64,000 bases of DNA from Mobula hypostoma (GCF_963921235.1 NC_086108.1:115942001-116006000); one strand, 5' to 3'; numbered from the stretch's first letter, positions 11,508 through 25,753 are shown. Notes: a model not told the origin generated them from the letters alone. Made by a program: numbers and translations.

Positions 11508-12174
11508 TTAGATTAGATTAGATTAGATTATGAGAACACTCAGTCCTCTTTTTATTGTATTTTAGAAATGCATACATGCATTAAGAAATGATACAATGTT
11601 TCTCCGGAGTGATATCACAGAAAACAAGACAAACCAAAGACTAACACTGACAAAACCATGTAATTATAACATACAGTTACAGCAGTGCAAAGCAATACCA
11701 CAATTTGATGAAGAACAAACCATGGGCACGGTAAAAATAGTCTCAAAGTCCCGAGTCGATCGACTCCCGAGTCCCCGATAGCAGGCGGCCAAAGGGAGAA
11801 ACTCCCTGCCATAAACCTCCAGGCACCGACAACTTGCCGATGCCTTGGAAGCAGCCGACCATAGCCGACACCGAGTCCATCCGTCCGAAAACTTCGAACC
11901 TCCGACCAGCTGCTCCGATACAGCCTCCCAAGCGCCATCCTCTGCGGAGCGCCTTCGACCTCGCCCCGGCCGCTGAAACACGCAAAGCCAAGGATTTCGG
12001 GGCCTTCAGCTCCGGAGATTCCAGTTACCACACAGTAGCAGCGGCAGTGAAGCGGGCATTTCAGAAGTTTTCCAGATGTTCCTCCGTACTCTTGCGTCCG
12101 TCTCCATCAAATCAGAATTGTGCACGGTCCCCTACTTGACAGATTACAGATATAATCACCGAAGTGGCGCACGC
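11508..12174 (-). mobile_element. Unclassified non-coding retroelement with (AATCT)n tail, copy 1
   Basis: (TTAGA)n at the left end, antisense AATAAA nearby, and alignable as reverse complement with 29536-30208. No protein motifs. Confidence 0.78.
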
Positions 12175-12351
12175 CAGGGAAACTGAAGACAAACGTGCAT
12201 GGACACCGAGGAAAAATATGCTGGAACACTGAGGAGACATATCACGGATACTGAGGACAGATATTCAGGGAGAATAAGCATAGATATGCAGGAACACTGA
12301 CCACAGGTGTGCAGGGACATTGGGGAAAGTTGTGCATGGACACTGAGGACA
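12175..12351 (+). repeat. Satellite block
   Basis: Monomer variants. Confidence 0.88.
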
Positions 12352-12686
12352 GTCATACTAGCCAATCTGTGGTTGAATTTCAAGATCATCCATTTTATTT
12401 CTTATGCTGCATGCATTCAAATGCAACACTTTCAGTCCAGTATTTGTTGCTTTCTGTTTTAACTGCATCACACCTCTATTGACCTGTAACTCATGCCACT
12501 GGCTGTGATTATGCCACATAGTGGAGTTAGATACAGCCCTTGTGGCTAAAGGGATCAGGGGGCATGGGGGGAAGGCTGGTACAGGGTTCTGAGTTGGATG
12601 ATTAGCCATGATCATACTGAATGGCAGTGCAGGCTCGAAGGGCCAAATGGCCTACTCCTGTACCTATTTTCTATGTTCCTATGTTT
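12352..12686. mobile_element. Composite CR1 remnant: inverted ORF2 N-terminal piece (12352-12517, minus) joined to a CR1 3' end (12523-12686, plus)
   Basis: Minus strand gives TGLKVLHLNACSIRNKMDDLE (start of the APE endonuclease). Plus strand gives the ORF2 end, 3' UTR and TTTCTATG-type tail. Confidence 0.82.
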
Positions 12687-13160
12687 AGATGTGCAGGGAC
12701 ACTGAGGACATGTATGCGTGAACAATGAGGACATATGCATGGGCACTGAGGACAGATTTGCAGAGACAATGAGTGTGATACTCGTTAGCGCTGAGGACAG
12801 ATATGCTAAGACACTAAGGGCAGATGTACAGGGACACTGAGGACAAATATACAGGAGCTGATGACGGATATGCAGACACTGAGGGCAGTTATTCAGGGAT
12901 ACTGATGCGAGATACACTGTGACGCTCAGGACAGATATGCATGGACACTGAGGTCAGATGTTCAGGGACACTGACGGCAGATTTTCAGAGACACTGATGA
13001 CAGATATGCTGTTACGCTGAGGGAAGATATGCAGGGACTGAGGACAATTATATAGGGAGACTGAGGCATGATATGCGGGGACGCAGAAGACAGATATGCA
13101 GGGAAGCTGAGCACAGATGTACAGGAACACTGCGGGCATATATGCAGGGACACTGGAAAG
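12687..13160 (+). repeat. Satellite block
   Basis: Monomer variants. Confidence 0.92.
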
Positions 13161-15840
13161 ATAACGCAATAGAAAGGAAGCACATAAGCCGGGAAGATGT
13201 GGAATCGATATGGGTAGAGCTGCGTAACACCAAGGGGCAGAAGATGCTGGTGGGAGTTGTGTACAGGCCACCTAACAGTAGTAGTGAGGTCGGAGATGGT
13301 ATTAAACAGGAAATTAGAAATGTGTGCAATAAAGGAACAGCAGTTATAATGGGTGACTTCAATCTACATGTAGACTGGGTGAACCAAATGGGTAAATGTG
13401 CTGAGGAAGAGGATTTCTTGGAATGTATGCGGGATGGTTTTTTGAACCAACATGTCGAGGAACCAACTAGAGAGCAGGCTATTCTGGACTGGGTTTTGAG
13501 CAATGAGGAAGGGTTAATTAGCGATCTTGTCGTGAGAGGTCCCTTGGGTAAGAGTGACCATAATATGGTGGAATTCTTCATTAAGATAGAGAGTGACATA
13601 GTTAATTCAGAAACAAAGGTTCTGAACTTAAAGAGGGGTGACTTTGAAGGTATGAGACGTGAATTAGCTAAGATAGACTGGCAAATGACACTTAAAGGAT
13701 TGACGGTGGATATGCAATGGCAAGCATTTAAAGGTTGCATGGATGAACTACAACAATTGTTCATCCCAGTTTGGCAAAAGAATAAATCAAGGAAGGTAGT
13801 GCACCCGTGGCTGACAAGAGAAATTAGGGATAGTATCAATTGCAAAGAAGAAGCATACAAATTAGCCAGAGAAAGTGGCTCACCTGAGGACTGGGAGAAA
13901 TTCAGAGTTCAGCAGAGAAGGAAAAGGGGCTTAATTAGGAAGGGGAAAAAAGATTATGAGAGAAAACTGGCAGGGAACATAAAAACGGACTGTAAAAGCT
14001 TTTATAGGTATGTAAAAAGGAAAAGACTGGTAAAGACAAATGTAGGTCCCCTGCAGACAGAAACAGGTGAATTGATTATGGGGAGCAAGGACATGGCAGA
14101 CTAATTGAATAATTACTTTGGTTCTGTCTTCACTAAGGAGGACATAAATAATCTTCCAGAAATAGTAAGGGACAGAGGGTCCAGTGAGATGGAGGAACTG
14201 AGCGAAATACATGTTAGTAGGGAAGTGGTGTTAGGTAAATTGAAGGGATTGAAGGCAGATAAATCCCCAGGGCCAGATGGTCTGCATCCTAGAGTGCTTA
14301 AACAAGTAGCCCAAGAAATAGTGGATGCATTAGTGATAATTTTTCAAAACTCGTTAGATTCTGGACTAGTTCCTGAGGATTGGAGGGTGGCTAATGTAAC
14401 CCCACTTTTTAAAAAAGGAGGGAGAGAGAAACCGGGGAATTATAGACCGGTTAGCCTAACGTCGGTGGTGGGGAAACTGCTGGAGTCAGTTATCAAGAAT
14501 GTGATAACAGCACATTTGGAAAGCGGTGAAATGATCGGACAAAGTCAGCATGGATTTGTGAAAGGAAGATCATGTCTGACGAATCTCATAGAATTTTTTG
14601 AGGATGTAACTAGTAGAGTGGTTAGGGGAGAACCAGTGGATGTGGTATATTTGGATTTTCAAAAGGCTTTTGACAAGGTCCCACACAGGAGATTAGTGTG
14701 CAAACTTAAAGCACACGGTATTGGGGGTAAGGTATTGGTGTGGGTGGAGAATTGGTTAGCAGACAGAAAGCAAAGAGTGGGAATAAACGGGACCTTTTCA
14801 GAATGGCAGGCGGTGACGAGTGGGGTACCGCAAGGCTCAGTGCTGGGACCCCAGTTGTTTACAATATATATTAATGACTTGGATGAGGGAATTAAATGCA
14901 GCATCTCCAAGTTTACGGATGACACGAAGCTGGGTGGCAGTGTTAGCTGTGAGGAGGATGCTAAGAGGATGCAGGGTGACTTGGATATGTTGGGTGAGTG
15001 GGCAAACTCATGGCAGATGCAATTTAATGTGGATAAATGTGAAGTTATCCACTTTGGTGGCAAAAATAGGAAAACAGATTATTATCTGAATGGTGGCCGA
15101 TTAGGAAAAGGGGAGGTGCAACGAGACCTGGGTGTCATTATACACCAGTCATTGAAAGTGGGCATGCAGGTACAGCAGGCGGTGAAAAAGGCGAATGGTA
15201 TGCTGGCATTTATAGCGAGAGGATTCGAGTACAGGAGCAGGGAGGTACTACTGCAGTTGTAGAAGGCCTTGGTGAGACCACACCTGGAGTATTGTGTGCA
15301 GTTTTGGTCCCCTAATCTGAGGAAAGACATCTTTGCCATAGAAGGAGTACAATGAAGGTTCACCAGATTGATTCCTGGGATGGCAGGACTTTCATATGAA
15401 GAAAGACTGGATGAACTGGGCTTGTACTCGTTGGAATTTAGAAGATTGAGGGGGGATCTGATTGAAGCGTATAAGATCCTAAAGGGATTGGACAGGCTAG
15501 ATGCAGGAAGATTGTTCCTGATGTTGGGGAAGTCCAGAACAAGGGGTCACAGTTTGAGGATAAAGGGGAAGCCTTTTAGGATTGAGATTAGGAAATACTT
15601 CTTCACACAGAGAGTGGTGAATCTGTGGAATTCTCTGCCACAGGAAACTGTTGAGGCCAGTTCATTGGCTATATTTAAGAGGGAGTTAGATATGGCCCTT
15701 GTGGCTACGGGGGTCAGGGGGTATGGAGGGAAGGCTGGGGCGGGGTTCTGAGTTGGATGATCAGCCATGATCATAATAAATGGCGGTGCAGGCTCGAAGG
15801 GCCGAATGGCCGACTCCTGCACCTATTTTCTATGTTTCTA
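13161..15840 (+). mobile_element. CR1 LINE, 5'-truncated ORF2 (endonuclease plus RT); single frame with three nonsense codons
   Basis: [52 protein letters not shown]. ORFs starting at 13073, 14105 and 15368 share one frame. GGCCGAATGGCC hairpin and TTTCTATG tail. Confidence 0.97.
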
Positions 15841-18800
15841 TATGCAGAGATACTGAGGCCAGATAGGCCAAAACACTGTGGACAGAAAGGCAGGGACAAT
15901 GAGCACAGATATGCAGGATAACCTAGCACAGAAATAGATAGACACTGAGGACAGATCTGCAGGGACACTGAGGACAGATTTGCAGGAACACTGTGCACAG
16001 ATGTACAGTGACACTGTGGGCACATGAACCGGGATCCTGAGGACAAATATTAAGAGACACTGAGGATAGATATGCTGAGACAGCGAGGACAGATAATAAG
16101 GGACACTGAGATCAGATCTGCACACAGACTGAAGACATGTATGCCGGGACAATTAGGACAGATGTGCAGGGATACCGTGCACAGATGTACAGTGACACTG
16201 AGGACAGATGCACTTTAAAACTGAGTACACATTTCCAGGATCTCTGAGGACAAATATCCAGGGACACTGAGGACAGATGTACTGGGACACTAAGGACAGA
16301 TATGCAGGGACTGAGGACAGATATGGAGGGATACTGAGGCGAGATACACGGGGACGCTGCGGACAGATCTACAAGGACATTGAGGTCAGATATGTAGGGA
16401 CACTGAGGTCAGTTGTACAGGGACACTAAGGCCAGATGCACATCGACACTGAGAAGAGATAGGCAGGCACTCTTTTGACAGATATGCAAGGTTCCTGAGG
16501 ACAGGTATGCAGGGATACTGAAGACAAGCATGCAGGGACACTGAGAAGAAATATGTTGGAACACTGAAGACAGATACGCATGGACACTGAGAACAGATAT
16601 GCAGAGAGAATGAGGACAGATATGCAGGGAAACTGAGCACAGGTGTGCAGGGACACTGGGTAAAGTTGTGCATGGACACTGAGGACAGATGACAAGGGAA
16701 ACTGAGTACACACATTCAGAGACACTGAGGACAGACATGCCAGGAGACTGATCACAGATTTACAGACACACTGAGGAAAGATATACTGACACAATGAGGC
16801 CAAATGACCATGTAATCTGGGGATAAATATTCAGGGACACTGACGACTGATATGCAGGGACACTGAGAGTGATACGTGTTTGCACTGAGGAGAGATATGC
16901 TTGAACCCTGAGGACAGATAAGCAGGAATACTGAGCAGAGATGTGCAGGAACACGGAGGGCAAATATACATGGACACTGTGGACAGATATGCAGGGACAC
17001 TGAGGGTAGATATGGAGGGAAACTGAAGACATGTATACAGAGACACTTAGGATGGATGTACAGGACACTGAGGACACACTACCAGGAACTCTGGGGACAA
17101 ATATTCAGGGACATTGAGGACAGATATTCGGAGATGCTGAGGACAGGTATTCATGGACACTGTGGACAGATATGCTGGGACACTGAGGAAAGATAGACAG
17201 ACAGGGAGGCTGAAGACATTTATGCAGGAACACCCAGGACAGATATACTTGGAGACTGTGGACAGATATACATGGACACTGAGGATAGATGTACTGGAAC
17301 GCCGAGGAAACATGACCAGGGTCTCTGGGGACAAACATTCAGGGACACGGAGGACAGATATACAAGGACATTGAGGTCAGATACGCAGGGACACTGAGGT
17401 CAGTTATACAGGGACCCCTAGGACAGATATACAGGGACACTGAGGACAGATATGCAGGGTAACTAAGGAGAAATATCCTGGAACTTTGAGGGCAGTTATG
17501 CAGGGAGCTGAGCACAGATATTCAGGGGAAATGTGCACAGATATAAGGGAAACTGATGACATACGTACTATAACACTAAGACCAGAAGTACATCGACACT
17601 GAGGAGAGATATGCAGGGACACTGTTGACAGATATGCAAGGACACTGAGGACAGATTTGCAGGGTCATCGAGGAGCAATATGTAGAGGCACCAAGGACAG
17701 ATATGGGGAACACTGAGGACATATACGCAGGGATGCTGAGTAAAGATATGGAGTACACAGTGGACATATACGCAGGGACGCTGAGTAAAGATATGGGGAA
17801 CACTGAGGACATATACGCAGGGACGCTGAGTAAAGATATGGGGAACACTGAGGACATATACGCAGGGACGCTGAGTAAAGATATGGGGAACACTGAGGAC
17901 ATATACGCAGGGACGCTGAGTAAAGATATGGGGAACACTGAGGACATATACGCAGGGACGCTGAGTAAAGATATGGGGAACACTGAGGACATATACGCAG
18001 GGACGCTGAGTAAAGATATGGGGAACACTGAGGACATATACGCAGGGACGCTGAGTAAAGATATGGAGTACACAGTGGACATATACGCAGGGACGCTGAG
18101 TAAAGATATGGAGTACACAGTGGACATATACGCAGGGACGCTGAGTAAAGATATGGGGAACACTGAGGACATATACGCAGGGACGCTGAGTAAAGATATG
18201 GGGAACACTGAGGACATATACGCAGGGACGCTGAGTAAAGATATGGGGAACACTGAGGACATATACGCAGGGACGCTGAGTAAAGATATGGGGAACACTG
18301 AGGACATATACGCAGGGACGCTGAGTAAAGATATGGGGAACACTGAGGACATATACGCAGGGACGCTGAGTAAAGATATGGGGAACACTGAGGACATATA
18401 CGCAGGGACGCTGAGTAAAGATATGGAGTACACTGAGGACATATACGCAGGGACGCTGAGTAAAGATATGGAGTACACTGAGGACATATACGCAGGGACG
18501 CTGAGTAAAGATATGGAGTACACTGAGGACATATACGCAGGGACGCTGAGTAAAGATATGGGGAACACTGAGGACATATACGCAGGGACGCTGAGTAAAG
18601 ATATGGGGAACACTGAGGACATATACGCAGGGACGCTGAGTAAAGATATGGGGAACACTGAGGACATATACGCAGGGACGCTGAGTAAAGATATGGGGAA
18701 CACTGAGGACATATACGCAGGGACGCTGAGTAAAGATATGGGGAACACTGAGGACATATACGCAGGGACGCTGAGTAAAGATATGGAGTACACAGTGGAC

Positions 18801-21011
18801 ATATACGCAGGGACGCTGAGTAAAGATATGGGGAACACTGAGGACATATACGCAGGGACGCTGAGTAAAGATATGGGGAACACTGAGGACATATACGCAG
18901 GGACGCTGAGTAAAGATATGGAGTACACAGTGGACATATACGCAGGGACGCTGAGTAAAGATATGGGGAACACTGAGGACATATACGCAGGGACGCTGAG
19001 TAAAGATATGGAGTACACAGTGGACATATACGCAGGGACGCTGAGTAAAGATATGGAGTACACAGTGGACATATACGCAGGGACGCTGAGTAAAGATATG
19101 GAGTACACAGTGGACATATACGCAGGGACGCTGAGTAAAGATATGGAGTACACAGAGGACATATACGCAGGGACGCTGAGTAAAGATATGGAGTACACAG
19201 TGGACATATACGCAGGGACGCTGAGTAAAGATATGGAGTACACAGTGGACATATACGCAGGGACGCTGAGTAAAGATATGGAGTACACAGAGGACATATA
19301 CGCAGGGACGCTGAGTAAAGATATGGAGTACACAGTGGACATATACGCAGGGACGCTGAGTAAAGATATGGAGTACACAGTGGACATATACGCAGGGACG
19401 CTGAGTAAAGATATGGAGTACACAGTGGACATATACGCAGGGACGCTGAGTAAAGATATGGAGTACACAGAGGACATATACGCAGGGACGCTGAGTAAAG
19501 ATATGGAGTACACAGTGGACATATACGCAGGGACGCTGAGTAAAGATATGGAGTACACAGTGGACATATATGCAGGGACGCTGAGGAACATATTCCTGGG
19601 AGCTGGGGACAAATATGATTGAACGCAGAGGATTGGTTTACAGAGACAACAAGGACAGATATGCCGTAAACTGAGGACAGACATGCAGGGACATGAGGAG
19701 AAATATCCTGGTACACTGAGCACAAATGTGCAGAGCCCTGAGTACAGACATTCATGGACACTGAGGACTGTTATGCAGGGACACTAAGGAGAATTATCCT
19801 AGAACACTGAGGATAAACATGCAGAGAAAATGAGCACAGATATTCAGAGACACTGAGGATAGATATGCTGGGCAGTAAGCACAGATGTACAGGGTCACTG
19901 AGGAGAGATAGGCAGGCACAGATGACGTATGTGCAGGGACTGAGGACAGATATGCAGGGATACTGATGCGAGATACGGCAGGATGCTGAGGACAGATATG
20001 AATGGACACTGAGGTCAGATGTATGGCGATACCGAGTAGAGGTTTGCAGGGACACTGAGGGCAGATATGAATGAGCACCAAGGTCAGATGTGCAGCGATA
20101 CTGAGTAGAGATATGCAGGGACACTGAAGAGAGATATGCAGGGACACTGGGGGAAGATATGCAGGGACACTGGGGGAAGATATGCAGGGACACTGAAGAG
20201 AGATATGCAGGGACACTGACGACGGATTGTTCTTTCACTCAAGAATGATGTACAGGGACACTCAGAATGATATGCAGCGACACTGAGGACAGGTATGCAG
20301 GGACATTGAGGCCCGATATGCAGGGGAAGTGAGGAAAGGTATGCATGGAGACTGAGGACAGATATGCAGGGGCACTGAGGTCCGATGTTGAGGGACACTG
20401 AGGACAGGTATACAAGGACTGATGACAGATATGTAGGGACTGAGACAGATACTGCATGCAGGTATACTGATGCAAGATAAGCTGGGACACTGAGGACAGA
20501 TATGCATGGACACTGAGGACAGATGAGCAGGGACACTAAGGACAGACATGCCGGGGCACTGAGAACAGATGTACAGGGTCACTGAGGACAACTATGCAGG
20601 ACTTGAAGACAGATATGCAGGGACAGTGAGGACAGATATTCAGGGACTCTGAGGAGAGATGCTGGGACGCAGAGGGAAAAAATCTTGGAACACTGAGGAG
20701 ACATATGCAGGAGAATGTGCACAGATATGCAGGGACACTGAGCACAGAAGTGCAGGGATACAGAGGGCACATATGAAGGAACACTAAGGTTAGATATACA
20801 GGGACTGATAACAGATATGCAGGACCACTGAGGACAGATGTACAGGGAGACTGTGCGTAGCCATACAGGGACACTGAGGACAGATGTACAGGAACACGGA
20901 GGACAGATGTACAGGGACTGATGACGAATATGGAGGGACAAATACAGATACACATGTATACTGATGCGAGATTCGCCGGGACGCTAAGGATGGATGTGCA
21001 TCCACACTGAT
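15841..21011 (+). repeat. Satellite block containing the 45-bp array
   Basis: Monomer variants throughout. Confidence 0.95.
17701..19590 (+). repeat. Homogeneous tandem array of 42 x 45 bp (22+23 bp satellite dimer)
   Basis: Unit ATATGGGGAACACTGAGGACATATACGCAGGGACGCTGAGTAAAG and three variants differing only in positions 7-16. Confidence 0.98.
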
Positions 21012-23527
21012 AATAGACAATAGACAATAGGTGCAGGTGTAGGCCATTCGGCCCTTTGAGCCAGCACCGCCATTCAATGTGATCATGACTGATCAACCAC
21101 AATCAATATCCAGTTCCTGCCATATCCCCATAACCTTTGATTCCACTATCTTTGAGAGCTCTATCCATCTCCTTTTTGAAAGCATCCAGAGAATTGGCCT
21201 CCACTGCCTTCTGGGGCAGAGCATTCCACATATCCACCACTCTATGGGTGAAAAAGTTTTTCCTCAACTCCATTCTAAATGGCCTACCCCTTATTCTTAA
21301 ACTGTGGCCCCTGGTTCTGGACTCACCCATCAACGGGAACATGCTTCCTGTCTCCAGCGTGTCCAATCCCTTAATAATCTTATATGTTTCAATAAGATCC
21401 CCTCTCAGTCTTCTGAATTCCAGAGTATACAAGCCCAGTCGCTCCGATTTTTCAACATATGACAGTCCCGCCATCCCGGGAATGAACCTTGTGAACCTAC
21501 GCTGCACTCCCTCAATAGCAAGAATATTCTTCCTCAAATTTGTAGACCAAAACTACACACAATACTCCAGGTGTTGTCTCACCAGGGCCCTGTACAGCTG
21601 CAGAAGGACCTCTTTGCTCCTATACTCAATTCCCCTTGTTATGAAGGCCAGCATGCCATTAGCTTTCTTCACTGCCTGCTGTACCTGCATGCTTACTTTC
21701 AGTGACTGATGTACAAGAACACCTAGATCTCGATGTACTTCCCCTTTTCCTAACTTGACTCCATTTAGATAATAATCTGCCTTCCTTTTCTTACCACCAA
21801 AGTGGATAACCTCACATTTATCCACATTAAACTACATCTGCCATGCAGCTGCCCACTCACCCAGCCTGTCCAAGTCACCCTGCATTCTCATAACATCCTC
21901 TTTACATTTCACACTGCCACCCAGCTTTTGTGTCATCTGCAAATTTGCTAATGTTACTTTTAATCCCTTCATCTAAATCATTAATGTATATTATAAACTG
22001 CCGCGGTCCCAGCACTGAACCCTACGGTACTACACTGGTCACTGCCTGCCGTTCCGAAAAGGGCCCGTTAATCGCTACTCTTTATTTTCTGTCAGCCAGA
22101 CAATTTTCAATCCATGTCAGTACTCTGCCCCCAATACCATGTGCCCTAATTTTGCCCACTAATCTCCTGTATGGGACTTTATCAAAGGCTTTCTGAAAGT
22201 CCAGGTACACTACATCCACTGGCTCTCCCTTGTCTATTTTCATAGTTACATTCTCAAAAAATTCCAGAAAATTAGTAAAGCACGATTTTCCCCTCGTAAA
22301 TCCATGCTGACTCTGACCTATCCTGTTACTGCTATCCAAATGTGTCATAATTTCATCTTTTATATTTGACTCCAGCATCTTTCCCACCACTGACTTCAGG
22401 CTAACTGGTCTATAATTCCTTGTTTTCTCTGTTCCTTCCTTTCCTGAAAAGTGGTACAACACTAGCCACCCTCCAATCCACAGGAACTGACCCTGAATCA
22501 ATAGAACATTGGAAAATGATTACCAATGCGTCCATGATTTCTAAAGCCACCGCCTTAAGTACCTTGGGATGCAGACCATCAGGTCCCAGAGACATATCAG
22601 CTTTCAGACTCAACAATCTATCCAACATCATTTCCTGTGTAATATAACTTTCCTTCAGTTCATCCATTACTCTATGCCCTTTGGCCACTATTGTATCTGG
22701 GAGATTGTTTGTGTCTTCCCTGGTGAAGACAGATCTAAAGTACCTGTTCAACTCGTCTGCCATTTCCTTGTTCCCCATAATAAATTTACTCGTTTCTGTC
22801 TTCAAGGGCCCAATTTTAGTCATAACTATTTTTTTTCCTTTTCACATACCTAAAGAAGCTTTTACTATCCTCCTTTATATTCTTGGCTAGTTTACCTTCT
22901 TACCTCATTTTTTTCTCCTTTTTAGTTATCTTCTGTTGCTCTTTAAAAGTTTCCCAACCCTCTGGCTTCCCACACATCTTTGTTATGTTATACTTCTTCT
23001 CTTTTATTTTTATACTGTCCTTGACTTCCCTTGTCAGCCACGGCCTCCTCTTACTCCCCTTAGGATCTTTCATCCGCTTTGGAATGAACTGATCCTGCAC
23101 CTTCTTCATTATTCCCAGAAACACTTGCCATTGTTGTTCCACAGTCATCCCTGCTCGGGTATTGTTCCATTGAACTTTGGCCAGCTCATCCCACATAGCT
23201 CCATAGTTCCCTTTGTTCAACTGCAATACTGCCACTTCCGGTTTTCCCTTCTCCCTCTCAAATTGTAGATTAAAACTTATCATATTATGGTCAGTACCTC
23301 CTAATGGCTCCTTTACCTGGAGGTTCCTGATCAAATCCGGTTCATTGCACAACACTAAATCTAAAATTGCCTTCTCTTTGCTAGGTTCCAGTACAATCCA
23401 TTCTAAAAATCCATCTCGGAGAGACTCCAGAAACTCCCTTTCTTGGGGTCCAGTACCAACCTGACTCTTCCAGTCTACCTGCATGTTGAAATCCCCCATA
23501 ACAACTGTAGCATTACCTTTGCGACAT
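21012..23527 (-). mobile_element. CR1 LINE (CTATTGT-tailed subfamily), 5'-truncated; last ~14 bp displaced to 25754-25767
   Basis: Tail AATAGACAATAGACAATAG. Frameshifted ORF2 with VVMGDFN, GTDHN and VYLDFQKAFDKVP. Confidence 0.94.
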
Positions 23528-25753
23528 AGAAACATAGAAACATAGAAAATAGGTGCAGGAGTAGGCCATTCGGCCCTTTGATCCTGCACCACCATTCAGT
23601 ATGATCATGGTTGATCATCCAACTCAGAACCCTGTACTTGCCTTCCTTCCATACCCCCTGATCCCTTTAGCCACAAGGGCCATATCTAACTCCCTCTTAA
23701 ATATAACCAATGAACTGGCCTCAACCTTTTCCTGTGGCAGAGAATTCCACAGATACACCACTCTCTGTGTGAAGAAGTTTTTCCTAATCTCGGTCTTAAA
23801 AGGCTTTCCATTTATCCTTAAACTGTGACCCCTCGTTATGGACTTCCCCAACATCGGGGACAATCTTCCTGCATCTAACCTGTCCAATCCCTTTAGAATT
23901 TTATATGTTTCAATAAGATCCTCCCTCAATCTTCTAAATTCCAGCGAGTATAAGCCTAGTTGATCCAATCTTTCATCATATGAAAGTCCTGCCATCCCAG
24001 GAATCAATCTGGTGAACCTTCTTTATACTCCCTCTATGGCAAGAATGTCATTACTCAGATTAGGGGACAAAAACTGCACACAATACTCCAGGTGTGGTCT
24101 CACCAAGGCCTTGTACAACTGCAGTAGTGCCTCTCTGCTCCTGTACTCGAATCCTCTTGCTATGAATGCCAGCATACTATTCGCCTTTTTCACCGCCTGC
24201 TGTACCTGCATGCCCACTTTCAATGACTGGTGTACAATGACACCCAAGTCTCGTTGCACCTCCCCTTTTCCTAATCGGCCACCATTCAAATAATAATCTG
24301 TTTTCCTGTTCTTGCCACCAAAGTGGATAACCGCACATTTATCCACATTAAATTGCATCTGCCATGAATTTGCCCATTCACCTGACCTATCCAAGTCACC
24401 CTGCATCCTCTTAGCATCCTCCTCACAGCTAACACTGCCACCCAGCTTCGTGTCATCCGCAAACTTGGAGATGCTGCATTTAATTCCCTCATCCAAGTCA
24501 TTAATATATATTGTAAACAACTGGGGTCCCAGCACTGAGCCTTGCGGTACCCCACTAGTCACCGCCTGCCATTCTGAAAAGGTCCCGTTTATTCCCACTC
24601 TTTGCTTCCTGTCTGTCAACCAATTCTTTATCCACATCAATACCATACCCCCAATACCGTGTGCTTTAATTTTGCACACTAATCTCCCATATGGGACCTT
24701 GTCAAAAGCCTTTTGAAAATCCAAATATACCACATCCACTGGTTCTCCGCTATCCACTCTACTAGTTAAATCCTCAAAAAATTCTGTGAGATTCACCAGA
24801 CATGATTTTCCTTTCACAAATCCATGCTGACTTTGTCTGATGATTTCACTGCTTTCCAAATGTGCTGTTATCACATCTTTGATAACTGACTCTAGCATTT
24901 TCCCCACCACCGATGTCAGGCTAACCGGTCTATAATTCCCCAGTTTCTCTCTCCCTCCTTTTTTAAAAAGTGGGTTCCATTAGCCACCCTCCAATCCTCA
25001 GGAACTAATCCAGAATCTAAAGAGTTTTGAAAAATTATCACTAATGCATCCACTATTTCTTGGGCTACTTCCTTAAGCACTCTGGGATGCAGACCATCTG
25101 GCCCTGGGGATTTATCTGCCTTCAATCCCTTCAATTTACCTATCACCATTTCCCTGCTAACAGGTATTTTCCTCAGTTCCTCTATCTCACTAGATCCTTG
25201 GTCCCCTACTATTTCCGGAAGATTATTTATGTCCTCCTTATTGAAGACAGAACCAAAGCAGTTATTCAATTGGTCTGCCATGTCCTTGTTCCCCATGATC
25301 AATTCACCTGTTTCTGACTGTAAGGGACCTACATTTGTCTTAACCAATCTTTTTCTTTTCACATATCTATAAAAGTTTTTACAGTCAGTTTTTATGTTCC
25401 CTGCCAGATTTCTCTCATAATCTTTTTTCCCTTTTCTAATTAAGCCCTTTGTCCTCCTCTGTTGGACTCTGAATTTCTCCCAGTCCTCAGGTGAGCTGCT
25501 TTTTCTGACTAATTTGTATGTTTCTTCTTTGGAATTGATACTATCCCTAATTTCCCTTGTCAGCCACGGGTGCACTACCTTCCCTGATTTGTTCTTTTGC
25601 CAAACTGGGATGAACAATTGTTGTAGTTCATCTATGCAATCTTTAAATGCTTGCCATTGCATATCCACCGTCAACGCTTTAAGTATCATTTGCCAGTCTA
25701 TCTCAGCTAATTCACTTCTCTTACCTTCAAAGTTACCTTTCTTTAAGTTCAGA
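23528..25753 (-). mobile_element. CR1 LINE nested in the previous CR1; TSD ACAT
   Basis: (CATAGAAA)n tail and RT with GVPQGSVLGP and KFADD. ACAT at 23524-23527 and 25754-25757. Confidence 0.94.

Noticed and set aside
13073..15751. Possibly active CR1
   Set aside because: It is 5'-truncated, has three nonsense codons, and its apparent N-terminus is satellite sequence.
17701..19590. CRISPR-like constant repeat with variable segment
   Set aside because: The variable part is only four related variants, there are no unique spacers or cas genes, and the context is eukaryotic.
17746..19590. RSS heptamer CACAGTG in B units and CACTGTG in satellite variants
   Set aside because: No ACAAAAACC-like nonamer at 12 or 23 bp in the B units, and no V, D or J segments in the window.
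17576..19761. Three long ORFs (715, 698 and 639 aa) that look like repeat proteins
   Set aside because: They coincide with the 45-bp array. A unit divisible by 3 keeps frames open on both strands, and there is no unique domain or synonymous-site variation.
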